From Octopus sinensis (lineage: Eukaryota): a DNA stretch of 64,000 nt. Below the pieces are notes generated by a model, which was given only the letters and a program-made list of their open reading frames with translations, did no database searches and was not told the DNA's origin. Where the stretch lies: NCBI RefSeq assembly GCF_006345805.1, contig NC_043011.1:35848464-35912463 (forward strand), given 5' to 3'. Shown here piece after piece: positions 39,348 through 51,873 of the stretch (the stretch's first letter is position 1; each line of letters opens with the position of its first letter). Made by a program: the position numbers and the translations under genes.

Positions 39348-39472
<125 letters not shown>

Positions 39473-39739
39473 CATATATAATAAAGTCACACAACATGTG
39501 CATGCGTGTCAATGAATAAATAAGAGTATTGTAAATGGTACGAAAACAGATTGAACTCCGTTTGTTTGAAAGTTGGTCAGAAAAGAAAAGGTATGATATA
39601 GATCTACGCCATTATCAAGCGACAACCTGTGCACATATGGAAAGATAAAGGAGATAAAGTGAGACTGAGATATTCGTTTCCCATCTGTGTCTTGTCTAAC
39701 AATGAATCAGATTTAAAAGAAAAAAATGATTCTTCTCAT

Positions 39740-40413
39740 TGATTGAGGTGGCGGCAGTAGTGATATAGTAGTAGTAATAGTAGCAGCAGTAGTAGTAGTA
39801 TTAGTAGTAGTAGTAGCAGCAATAGTAGTAGTAGCAGTAGTAGTATTAGCAGTAGCAGTAGCAGTAATTGTAGTAGTAGTTATTGTAATAGTAGTAGTAG
39901 TAGTTGTACCAGTACTAGTAGCAGTAGTAGTAGTAGTTGTACCAGTACTAGTAGCAGCAGTAGTAGTAACTATTGTAGTAGTAGCAGTAGTAGTAATTGT
40001 AGTAGTAGCAGTAGTAGTAGTAGTAGCAGTTGTAGTAGCAGTAGTAGTAATTGTAATAGTAGTTGTAGTAGCAGCAGTAGTAGTAATTGTAGTAGTAGTA
40101 GCAATAGTAGTAATTGTAGCAGTAGTAATAGTAGTAGAAGCAGCAGTAGTAGTAGTAACAGCAGCAGTAGTAATTGTAGTAGTAGTAGCAGCAGTAGTAG
40201 TAGTAGTAATTGTAGTAGCAATAGCAGTAGCAGTAGTAGTAATAGCAGTAGTATTAGTAGAAACAGTAGTAGTAGTAATTGTAGTAGTAGTAGCAGCAGT
40301 AGTAGTAGTGGTAGTAGTAGTAGTAGTAGCAGTAGTAGTAGTAATAACATCAATAGTAGTAATTGTAGTAGTAGTAGTAGTAATTGTAGTAGCAATAGCA
40401 GTAGTAGAAGTAT

Positions 40414-40482
<69 letters not shown>

Positions 40483-40485
40483 AGC
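39740..40485. repeat. (AGT/AGC)n low-complexity block
   Basis: Directly visible trinucleotide run; source of the poly-Leu and poly-Val ORFs. Confidence 0.95.
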
Positions 40486-41164
40486 TGTGGTAGAAGTTAT
40501 CGTGGTCGTAGGATATGAATTTTTGGACTCAACGAATATTTTGAACTGGAAGAATCTGCTGTGGAAGACCTGCAAGGCATTTTGTTCGATCCGCTGGAAA
40601 AATCCTGGCAGACAGGGTAAAATGCCTTCTGGTGTTTAATGTCACATTACTGAATATCATTAAACTGTGAGTTCAAGATTTTTATTTTTTGTTTCGAGAT
40701 CGATATGCAATATAAATGAATACAAGCCAAATACTGGTTATACTAAAATAATTCTACCCTTCAAATATCAGAAGAACGGGATCCGTTAAGGCATTGGTAA
40801 AGGAAACGAAGAAGGGGAGCATCCAACAGGGTTCAAGTGTGGTGATATGTGAGAGTCGGTTTATTTGTCAGATGGTGTGTATGCAAAAACGTATGTATGT
40901 ATGGCCATTGTTCAGTTTTATTTTAAGATTTCTTGCCAGTAGAAAAAGAACCGGTTTCTAACCGAGATCCAAGGTTCCTTCATTGGAATTTCAACATCAA
41001 CAACAGGGTATTTTTGCTTGTATTTATGTATGTATGTATGTTGTATGTATGTATGTATGTATGTATGTATGTATGTATACATGTATGTATGTTTGTATGT
41101 ATGTATGTATGTATGTATATGTATACATGCATGTATGTACAGATTTATATTTTTTATGTATGTA

Positions 41165-41440
41165 TTCTCATGCATATAGTTGCATATCTAGATATGTTCT
41201 TATATACTTAAATGATAAACTTCTGGAAAGTTTTACAGATTTTTACAGTTCCAGTGATGGATTGGATCTGTAGTCTTCGAATTAGCTTTCTCCTTTCTGG
41301 TTTTTGAGAAGTCTAATTTCTCAAGATTGATATTTAGGCAGTATGTTACATATCCCAGGGCCCCAATAATTACAGGTATAAACCTGAACTTGTAATCAGG
41401 ATAGAGTAACTGCAGATTTCCCAATAGTTCGACGTAGGTG
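41165..41440 (-). mobile_element. R4/Dong-like (restriction-like endonuclease) LINE 3' end
   Basis: TYVELLGNLQLLYPDYKFRFIPVIIGALGYV...LEKL, then frameshifted RKLIRRLQIQSITGTVKICKTF. Confidence 0.75.
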
Positions 41441-42063
41441 TGTATGCATATAAATTGCGATATGGCTATTGTTCACAACAGAACCTGCGCAACATATGGA
41501 AAGAAGTGCCTCTCAGTTGGAGGAACGTAAAGGTATGTCAAAAGAGTTCATTCTATGGCACATGTTCCTTCTGCCAGCCAGCACCGGCAGTGCATTATGT
41601 AATAGAATGTGCAAAATTCCTCCGGGCTCAGGAGTCAAACAAGGGCCTAACATTGCATCAACATTGACTCATTTCAGTGATCCTTTCTAGCAATCGCTTT
41701 GCCCGTATACGAGAAAGCAGCTAAGAAGATGTATGTTTGCATGCACGTATTCGTGTGAGTGTGTGTGTGTTTGTGTGGAATTTGCCCCTTCAAATATATA
41801 AGCAGGACTCTACTGTGTACGGCACTGGTGGTTTAAATTCAATAAGTGTATTATAATACTAAATTAACACTTACCTTTACTTATGCTCTTCGTTTACTAG
41901 ACAAAAAGCTACCTTTTACTCATTATTTTCTCTCTGCACTGAACATGGTCCGTCGCTAGACTCTTCTATTAATATATCAAATTTCTTTTTTCAGGATAAA
42001 AAGGTCACTACGTGTGATCTCCTAATAACTTTCTCATTGAACAATGACACTGATTCAGAGAGG

Positions 42064-42100
<37 letters not shown>

Positions 42101-42562
42101 AGAGAGAGGGAGGGGGGAGAGAAATCAGCTCTAACTTGATTGGTAATATTTCAATCGAGCTCAAAAGAATGAAACACAATGATGACTTCTGCAGATTCTA
42201 ACTGAAAGCGAGGCATTCATACACCTACAATAACGACGGCCATCGCTGGCGATCAGATAAGACCAAGTTATCAACATGTACTTAGTTTTGGTTGACGTAT
42301 AGTCAAGAGCAGACATTCCCACATTTTACACCGCTTGGCATGAAGGATCTGAAGGGGGCAGAGTGATTGGGATGTAGCTGTACTTGGTTGGTATATCATT
42401 TATCTATCTAGAAAGGATGGAAGTCAAGGTGACCTAAATGGGTCTTGAATTCAGAGAATAGAGACAGAAGAACGAATGTAAGAGTGCCTATTAACCAACA
42501 AACTGATATTTTTGCCAATTTACAGCCTTCTATAAACATACATACACACATACACCGTAGTA

Positions 42563-42629
<67 letters not shown>

Positions 42630-42666
42630 TATCTATCTATCTATATACCTATCTATCTATCTATTA

Positions 42667-42705
<39 letters not shown>

Positions 42706-42755
42706 AATCGATCTATCTACTCTTCTCTATATATATCTTATATAATATATATATA

Positions 42756-42834
<79 letters not shown>

Positions 42835-42856
42835 ACATATATATATATATATATAT

Positions 42857-43320
42857 ATGTAACTAATTTGTACTTTTGTACATGTATTTTATTTTTGCAG
42901 TTTTGTTGTTGTCTATGCCAGAAAAAAGGCTTTTTCGTTCGTCCTTTGTGTGTTTGTTTTTGTACATGTATCTCGTTTTGTAACTAATTGTATTTTTTGT
43001 ACATGTATTTTATTTTTGCAGTTTTATTGTTCGTCTATGCCAGAAAAAAGGCTTTTTCGTTCGTCCTCTGTGTGTTTGTTTTTGTACATGTATTTATTTT
43101 GCAGTTTTGTTGTTTGTCTATGCCAGAAAAAAGGCTTTTTCGTTCGTCCTCTTGTGTGTTTGTTTTTGTACATGTATCTCGTTTTGTAACTAATTGTATT
43201 TTTTGTACATGTATTTTATTTTTGCAGTTTTATTGTTCGTCTATGCCAGAAAAAAGGCTTTTTCGTTCGTCCTCTTGTGTGTTTGTTTTTGTACATGTAT
43301 TTTAATTTTGCAGTCTTATT
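42857..43320. repeat. higher-order tandem repeat (122/83/123-bp spacing)
   Basis: atgccagaaaaaaggctttttcgttcgtcct at 42915, 43037, 43120 and 43243. Confidence 0.9.
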
Positions 43321-43674
43321 GTTACGTCTTGTTGTGTTCGTACTCATTTTGCCCCGCTGCTTGGAATTTATTAATTCTCTCGCAGGAAGGCCTATTGGAT
43401 TAGTTTTCTGTTATGCCTTCGAAACATGCCTGACTCCTCTAGCGACACAGCTGATGACGGGGGTTTTGTCCTTGTGTAGCTCGTTCTGTATTTGTTTTTC
43501 GTTTTCTTGTTTTTCGTTTTCCGTTTTCTTGTTTTTTGTTTTTTGGTTTTTTCCGTTTCTACGTCTTATTGTGATGTCCTGTACTCCCGTATAATTATTT
43601 ATATATGTATGTATATATACATGTAGATGTAGGTACGTACATATATGTTGTATGTATGCATATATTTTTATTTA

Positions 43675-43725
<51 letters not shown>

Positions 43726-44111
43726 CACGCACACACATTTGTAAGAATGTATAAATACATAGTCTTATAAGTTATACATGAATCATTGGTATATTTCATT
43801 TTACAGTTGGTGTATAAAGAGAACGATATTCCCCTGGAAACAAAACAAACGGAAAGAAATTTTTTTAATAAGAATAAGAAAACGCGAAGTAAAAATAAAA
43901 TCCCTTTACGGAACAAAATAATATTCTTGCTGAATTATTTATGATATATAAGAATTACGTTTCTGTCCCCAAACCGCTAACACCACCAGCACAACAGCCG
44001 CCATCACCACCATAACCGCTACCATCACCAGCAGCAGCAATTTTCCGACACAACAACCAGCACCACCTACCATCACATAGTATTCATTAGATGTAAAGTT
44101 TTTAATATATA

Positions 44112-44153
<42 letters not shown>

Positions 44154-44449
44154 CATATATACATATAATATATGTATGTATGTATGATATATATTACTAT
44201 AACATATATACATATATAATATATATGTATGTATATAGTAATATATATATATATATTACATATATACATATATATATATATGTATGTTATATATGTATAT
44301 ATGTATATATATATATATATAACACATATACATATATATATATATATGTATGTATATATGTATATATATATATACACATATATACATATATATATATATA
44401 TGTATGTATATATGTATATATATATACACATATATACATAAATACACAC

Positions 44450-44480
<31 letters not shown>

Positions 44481-44653
44481 TATATATATGCGTGTGTGTG
44501 TCTATGTACGTACATATATGTATACATATGAATATATGTGTGTATATACGTATACACACACATGCACATACACATACACACACACAAATGCATAGCTTCC
44601 ATGTTTGTATGCGTGTGTATACCTATATAAATATGAAAATATACATATAAGAC

Positions 44654-44699
<46 letters not shown>

Positions 44700-45151
44700 T
44701 GTGTATGCGTGTGTGTGTCAACTGCTACTCGAAAAAAAAATCAATATGTTTTGCTAAATATTTCGTTTTAAGACGAAAATGTTAGCTATAATTCAGATAA
44801 ATAAACACCCTCATATATACACATACATGCATGCAACACACAAGCGCACAATTGTGCTCACAGATTTTCAGAAACACATAAAACACCTAGGAAGTTGTTA
44901 AATAATTCGGTAATATCTTATCTATATACACAATTCATTCTCTTTTCCCGCTAGTTTTTACGCTCTTAGTGTTATTTATTTATTTCCCATATTATTTGTT
45001 TTGTGAAAATTGACTGCGAACAAGATATCTTTTTACACTTTCTTACTTAATAAAATCCAATCATAAAAATCCAATCTTTTAAACGAAAGAACTGATTTTA
45101 ATGTTTTCGGAAGCGACTAAATAAGAAATTAATATTTTATCATCTAGGATG

Positions 45152-45182
<31 letters not shown>

Positions 45183-45364
45183 AAGAAGAAGAGAGATAAA
45201 TTTAAAAAAAAAGTAAATAAATCTGTATTTGTATGTCTAAAATATTTAATATTGAGTTTAAAACTATAATATATAAATACGTGTTAGTGTTATTTATTAA
45301 AATCTTTCTGCGTGTGCACATAAACGCAAAGATATATTGATATACACATATATATTATAAAGAT

Positions 45365-45408
<44 letters not shown>

Positions 45409-45603
45409 ACACACACAAACACACACACGCGCACGATTGCGCTTTTGTTCGTATATATACATTGATATATTTGTATGTATGATTGTGTGTGTTTATATAT
45501 GTATACATAAATGTATATATATGTATATATATATATTATATATATATATACCTGTGAGTATATATATACATACACACACACACACACACACAACACACAT
45601 ATA

Positions 45604-45635
<32 letters not shown>

Positions 45636-45739
45636 GTGTAATAAATAAAATATATGCATACATACAAAGATATATGTACGTACCGACATCTACATGTATA
45701 TATACATGCATATATAAATATATATACGTACAGGACACC

Positions 45740-45781
<42 letters not shown>

Positions 45782-46270
45782 TTATATATATGCGTATGTA
45801 TGTATGTATGTATGTATGTATGTATGTATGTATGTATGTATGTATGTATGTATACTCTTTCATTTCTTAGCTTCCAAGATTATATCCTACTGTAGGCATT
45901 TTTCTTTGTCTTATAGCAGCGTGCTTCAACCTTCTCAAGTTGTCTTTCGCTTGTTATTCAAATATCGATGTTTTTCATTAAGTAGAAAACCGTTAATATT
46001 TAAACGGAATAGAGTTTTCCAGGTTCAGTTATTATGCAGTATTTACTTACAGTCCTTTCTACATATATTCTTTTCAAATTCCATTTGAGTCTTACTTGCG
46101 ATGTAATCCTGTCTGCGATTAACGTAAGAGAAAAACAAAAACATCTAGCCATGCATTAGAGTTTCTCGATTCGACTGCACTCCTTTAGAATTCCTGTATG
46201 CTCTTTAGATATAAATTGATGGCTTAGCAATGAAAAAAAAGCCGTCATTATCATTTTGCATGGTAAGACC

Positions 46271-46480
46271 GTGAGCTGGCAGAAGCGTTAGCAAGCCAGG
46301 CAAAGATTTAGCGGTATTTGGTTCGTCTTTACGTTCTGAGTTCAAATTCCGCCGTGTTTGACTTTGCCTTTCATCTTTTCGGGGTCAATAACATAAGTGC
46401 TAGTTCAGCACTTGGGTCGATCTAATCGACTTACCCACCTCACTGAAATTGCTGTTCGCCTTGTGCCAAATTTGAAACCA
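46271..46480 (+). mobile_element. family A-related SINE
   Basis: gtgagctggcagaagcgttagc...acgttctgagttcaaattccgcc...gcctttcatcttttcggggtc. Confidence 0.85.
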
Positions 46481-47064
46481 TTTTCATTTCGCACACTCTG
46501 ATAGGTAATATCAAACCTTCAGAATTTGCTGCTTAAATATAATATATTTTAGGGTATTTTGCCGATAGAAGTCTTTGAAACATTTCAATGATTTCCTTGT
46601 TTAAGATGATATGGGAAAAATACGGTTTGATTTTGATCAGTTTTGTGTTATCTTATACTGTAAACAGTATTTTCTAGAAATAAAAGAGGTTTTTGTTTTA
46701 TAGTGGCAGTAGTAAACACATGTCCCGCGAGGTACAAAACTACTCTGAATATAAGTAAATTATATATTCATTGATATATACAGCCCGCATGGTCTCAGCA
46801 AAAACGCCTCAAAACACCGACTAGCTTGATAAGACCTTGCCAGGAAGTTACACAACCAGAATAAAAACCTTATTTTATTTAGCAGAACTGTTTGATCAAA
46901 ATTGGACAAAATGCTTTGTATAATCTAATTTTTAGTCTGACTTCCAATCCATCTGTAGGTTTCTCTTACATCTTCCAGGGGTAGATGAAATAAATATCAG
47001 TCAAGTACTAAGATTTGTATAATCAACAGTTCTCTATAAACAAATATCGGGTCATGTACCTTTA

Positions 47065-47310
47065 TAAGAAATTATCATTATTATTTTTCTTTTATCTGAG
47101 TCTTGCGTGCGCAGGGGGCTTGCTGCCTGCAGCCTACAGCACCATGCTATCTGTTCTATCTAATGCTTTCTTGATTATTCTGGCCGTGTCAAGGAGGCAA
47201 AACTTTTGTAACAGTTCTACTGAGCACTCTATGCCGATTTCGTTTATATTCCTCTTGATGCTTTCTTATACTGCCCACAAGGACCCAACAATGTCATAGG
47301 AAAATGGGCA
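47065..47310 (-). mobile_element. R4/Dong-like LINE 3' end
   Basis: Minus strand NINEIGIECSVELLQKFCLLDTARIIKKAL (compare LQKAxLLGTARIxRKVL) with an (AAT)n tail. Confidence 0.7.
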
Positions 47311-47602
47311 ACACGAAGGCATCCATAAGTGATGGAAGGAAAAGTATAGTCAACTTCGGATCTTTTCGTACCTAGTCCGAATGCTTATAACACAGCGGAC
47401 TCCGTTAAAATTATTGAGTGGTCAGGTGACAAAGTAAATGTGTATGCCATCTAAGAACATAAAACGATCCACTAATTTCCACACAATTGTTGTTGTTCAA
47501 AAATTCTCTCACAAAACACTGGTCGAATGGAGGTTGCGGAATACAAGATATTATGCAATTGGATCGATCCCAAAATCACAGAATTACGAAGCGAACTTAT
47601 TG

Positions 47603-49050
47603 CACTGGACAACAAAAATGTTGCTACTGCGGTAAAAGCAGGTGTTTTAGACTAAATCGAGCTTGCTGATTCCGAATCCGCACTCAGAATTATTCTAGCA
47701 CGACAGGATTTTGAGTTATGTGCTTGTGCAAGATTATAAGTATACTTTCAGCTAGAAATCGGCCGTATTATAAAATTTGCTAAAATGAAAGGGGTCTTAA
47801 TTCAAAATTAAAGAAATAACAGCAATAAAACAAACGATGAGAAAGTTCATTATTTAGTTTAGCAACAGATGGTGCTGACGTATTGTGTGCAATGCCAAAT
47901 ATGTCGGTTTGTTCTTGGTAACTCACAATGTCGTTTGCGCTGCCGTCATGCATGGAATGTGTATCACTCGCTCTGCGTGATTACTGTTTTAATTGTGTTC
48001 GTTGTGTTAGATCATGAATAGGAGAGGCTGTGTGAATCACCCAGACAACTTTTGTTATGTCTGTGGAAAATTTGTTCCGCGTGACCAGCGGCGGAAAATT
48101 GCCACCAAATTAAAAATTGCCTATAAATATTATTTCAGGTGTAAAGTTGGGGATTAAGACAAGAGGTTGGCACGTAATGTGTGCTGCACCATGCGTTACC
48201 CAGGCTTACATAGCGGCTGAATGGAAAACGGAAGGGAAAGCCTTTTGTTGTAGCAGTGGTATGGCGTGGATGTCTCTGATTGTTACTTTTGCATGACTAA
48301 TATCAGTGGTTTCTCTAAGAAGACCAAAGCAAAAATTGTGTATGCAGATTGTAAGTCGACTCTAAAACCGGTCCCACATGACTTTCAGGACCCTGTCCCA
48401 GTTTCCCTCTCACATGCTTTACTTGAAAATCTTGACACGTCACACGATAAACCCACTGACTCTCCTATCAACGAAGAGTACGTAGTTGATTCTCAGAAAA
48501 AATGAGCCAGGTTAGTTTAATAAGAAGATTTGAACAAATTACTAAGGGATGTAGCATTGTCAAAGGAGAGGGTAGAAGTTTTGGGATCCAAGGTTTATTT
48601 GTCTTTTGCAAGCAAGAAAATAATACCTGTTTCTGTACTGACGTTAATGCACTCATGCAAAAACTAGGACACGTGCATGTGGCTCACGAATGGAGATTGT
48701 TTATAGATTCGAGTAAGGTTAGCTTCGAAGCTGTGTTGTCACATAATGATAATGAAAACCTTCCATTCATGTGGGTCATGTTGTCGGTATGGAAGAAACT
48801 TATGAATCGATGGAACTCTCTCTGAAAGAAGTTAATTACTCAGCTCACTAGTGAAATAATTGTGGTGATTTAAAGGTGATTTCCCTACTCCTTGGACTGC
48901 AGCTGGGATATACCAAAAATATGCGCTTCTTGTGTGTGTGGAACAGCCGCGACGACAGCAATCATTACACTGTAAAAGACTGGCCTAAAAGTGATGAGTG
49001 CATAGTTGGTCGGTACATTGTGCAGCATATGCTACTGGTAGACCAGTAAA
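47603..49050 (+). pseudogene. Chapaev3-like DNA transposon, 5' end plus disrupted transposase
   Basis: Terminus CACTGGACAACAAAA. From ATG 48014: CVNHPDNFCYVCGKF..KVGD*DK..VCC..VWR..DCYFCMTNISGF..LKPVPHD..HEWRLFIDSSKVSFEAVL..GDLKVISLLLGLQLGYTK..CFLCVWNSRDDSNHY. The family call rests on the Cys/His-rich Chapa-like N-terminus. Confidence 0.7.
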
Positions 49051-49289
49051 AGAGCTGAGCATATCAAAAATAAAGTCATTATATCTTAACATAAATATAC
49101 TATGTATCATATAATATTATTTGCCTTGAACATAAATTTACTATATTACAATACTAATATACTATTATAATAATTATTTACCTTAAACATAACTATTCAT
49201 GATTCTAATATAGTATTAATATACTACTATCTGGACCCGTGAAAAATTCACTGTAAACAAAAAAATGTAAGCACCTGTAAACTGGTGGC

Positions 49290-49460
49290 ATGAAAAATGT
49301 TTGTATATTATGGCCGTCTGTCATTACGTTCTGAGTTCAAATACTGTCAAGGTCGACTTTGACTTTCATCTTTTCAGAGTCGATAAATTAAGTATCAGAT
49401 GTGTACTAGAGGTGATCAAAACAACTGACCCCCGTGCCCACAAAAGATTCAGGCCTATAA
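49290..49460 (+). mobile_element. family A-related SINE fragment
   Basis: acgttctgagttcaaatactgtcaaggtcgactttgactttcatcttttcagagtcgataaattaagta. Confidence 0.75.
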
Positions 49461-49494
49461 AAGTATATTGTGACAGTTACTACCCCCCTTCCTC

Positions 49495-50430
49495 CTCCAC
49501 CTCGGATTTTTCCAGGAAGTCCCTAACTTCCTCCTCGAACTTTTCTAGGAAGAGATTCCTCCCCTTCCTCTACCTCCTCCTCTTACTCCCCATCTTCGGA
49601 ACATTCCAGGAAGTCCTTCCTTCCAATAGTCCCTTTCCAACACCACCTCAGAACATTCCAGGAAGTCCCTACCCACTCCTCAGACTTTTCCGGGAAGTTC
49701 CTACCATCTCATCGGAACATTTCAAGAAGTCTTTCCTCACCCTTCTTCCTTTCCTCCCTTCCACAGAACTTTCTAGGAAGTCGCTACACTCCTCCGCGGA
49801 CTTTTTCAGGAAGTCATTACTCCTCCTCCCCTTCATCTTCCTCGGAACTTACCAGGAATTCCTTCCTACCCCTCCTCCCCTTCCTCGGAACTTTCCAGAA
49901 AGTCCCTACACACATCTTCGGAACTTTCCAAGACGTCCTTCTTCCCCACGCATAAGAAATTTCCAGGAAGCCCTTCCTCCCCTTCTCCCCTTCCTTGGAA
50001 CTTTCCTGGAAGTCCATCTCCTCCTCTCCTCCCATCCCCATCCCCTCCACCCCTTTCTCCCTACTCGGAACTTTCCAGGAAGTCCTTCCTCCTTCTCTCC
50101 TTCCTCCCATACTCAGAACTTTCCTGGAAGTCCTTCCTTTCCCTCTTCCCATCTTACCTCCCTTTCCCTTCCTCCCTCCTCGGTACTTTCCAGGAAGTGT
50201 TTCTTTCCCGCCCCTCCTCCCCGTCCCCTTCTTCCCCTTCTCCTCGGAACTCTATAAGAAATCCCTTCACCTCCTCTGACTTTCCCAGGAAGTCCTCTCA
50301 TTCCTCCCCTCTTCCCCTTCTGCCAATCCTCGGAACTTTCCAGGAACTCCTTCCTACTCACCGCCCCTTCCAAGAAATCTTTCAGGAAATCCCTATCCCC
50401 TCTTCGGAACTTTTCAGGAAGTCCTTCCTT
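49495..50430. repeat. array of about 21 quasi-palindromic 20-bp units (cGGAACTTTCCAGGAAGTCCt) separated by C/T-rich spacers
   Basis: Units visible at about 49503, 49597, 49649, 49681, 49712, 49764, 49797, 49842, 49885, 49918, 49995, 50065, 50113, 50180, 50277, 50330, 50403 and others. Confidence 0.9.
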
Positions 50431-50441
50431 CTCCTCCCATT

Positions 50442-51138
50442 GGATCTACTTCTAGCATAAGGGTTGTCCACTCAGTGGTCATCTCTCTCATATGTATGTA
50501 ATACGATTTACTGAACCTTCAGATTTTAATATGCTAGACCACTGGTTTTAAATTGATGTTAATCAAATTAATATCCAATTTTTCACCCTCAATTTAAATT
50601 TAAATTAATAGTTCTCTAACCGGCAAAAGCTACTGTAGTGAATTATTTCCTGCAGTCTTATTTCCGGGAATATAGTGCGCCGAAAGGAGGACTTTTGAAA
50701 AATAACCACAAGTGTAATAGGTAGAACTAGATATATGTCCGACCTTGTGCAGAGGTCCCGTGTATAGTTCTGCAATTTATATTTGTATTGACGATCATAC
50801 TGAAGATCTACGGACAAATTGCGTAAGTAAAATTACGTAATCTGTTGATAGTGAAACATGTTTGTGATTAATCTTTATTTTTGTTACTTTTCTTTTGTCT
50901 TGCTCGCTTACGTTCTGCTGTTTGCTAAATTTTCTTGAGAACATTTCTTAGTGGTAAGACCATATCGGATCTACTTCTAGCATAAAGGTTGTCCATATAG
51001 TGGTCATCCTTCTCATATGTATGTAATACAATTTATTGAAACTTCAGATTTTAATATGCTAGACCACTGGCTTTAAATTGATTTTAATTTAATTAATTAT
51101 ATAATTAATGATTATCCAATTTTCACCCTCATTTTAAA

Positions 51139-51143
<5 letters not shown>
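50442..51143 (+). mobile_element. direct-repeat unit (period 525 bp) enclosing an HHR motif at 50794-50868
   Basis: ggatctacttctagcataa...ttcaccctca.tttaaatttaa at 50442 and 50967. HHR: ATCATA-CTGAAGA-long stem II-GAAACATGT-T-TGTGAT. Confidence 0.7.
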
Positions 51144-51230
<87 letters not shown>

Positions 51231-51274
51231 GTAGATAGACAGACAGACAGATAAATACATTTTAAATCTTTAAT

Positions 51275-51485
51275 TCTTTTACTTTTTCACTTATTTGATT
51301 GTGGCCAAACTGGCGCAACGCCTTTAGTCGAACTAATCGACCCCAAGATTCTTTCTTTGTATGCCTATTCTATCGGTTCTTTTGCCGAACTGATATGTTA
51401 CGCGCACGTAAACACACCAACATCAGTTGTCAAGGGATGGTGGAGTTACAAGCACAGACACACAAATACATACATACATACATAC

Positions 51486-51525
<40 letters not shown>

Positions 51526-51634
51526 AAAGATGAACCGACCAGGCTATCAGATATTGCTACACATCGCTGGTCACAATGCGCTTCACATTGTTTTAGCTTT
51601 CAAATGACGCCACCCCGCTGGCTAACCGAGCAGG

Positions 51635-51689
<55 letters not shown>

Positions 51690-51873
51690 TATATATACAT
51701 ATATATATACACGACGGGCTTCTTTCAGTTTCCGTCTTCCAAACCCACTCACAAAGCTTTGGTCGGCCGAGGCTATAGTAGAAGACATTTTGCTAAGATT
51801 CCACGCAGTGGGACTGAACCCGGAACCATGTCGTTGGGAAGCAAGCTTCTTACAACACAGCCACTCCTGAGCC
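51275..51873 (-). mobile_element. full-length family B SINE with the 120-bp element inserted in its internal (TA)n
   Basis: Head and tail match the other family B copies; the insert is at 51521-51638. Confidence 0.85.

Noticed and set aside
49301-50257. 318-aa ORF, the longest in the window
   Set aside because: It starts in a SINE and runs through a C/T-rich repeat array that is intrinsically stop-poor; there is no protein-family signature.
49495-50430. CRISPR array interpretation
   Set aside because: Eukaryotic context, no cas genes, degenerate repeats, and low-complexity spacers of very variable length.
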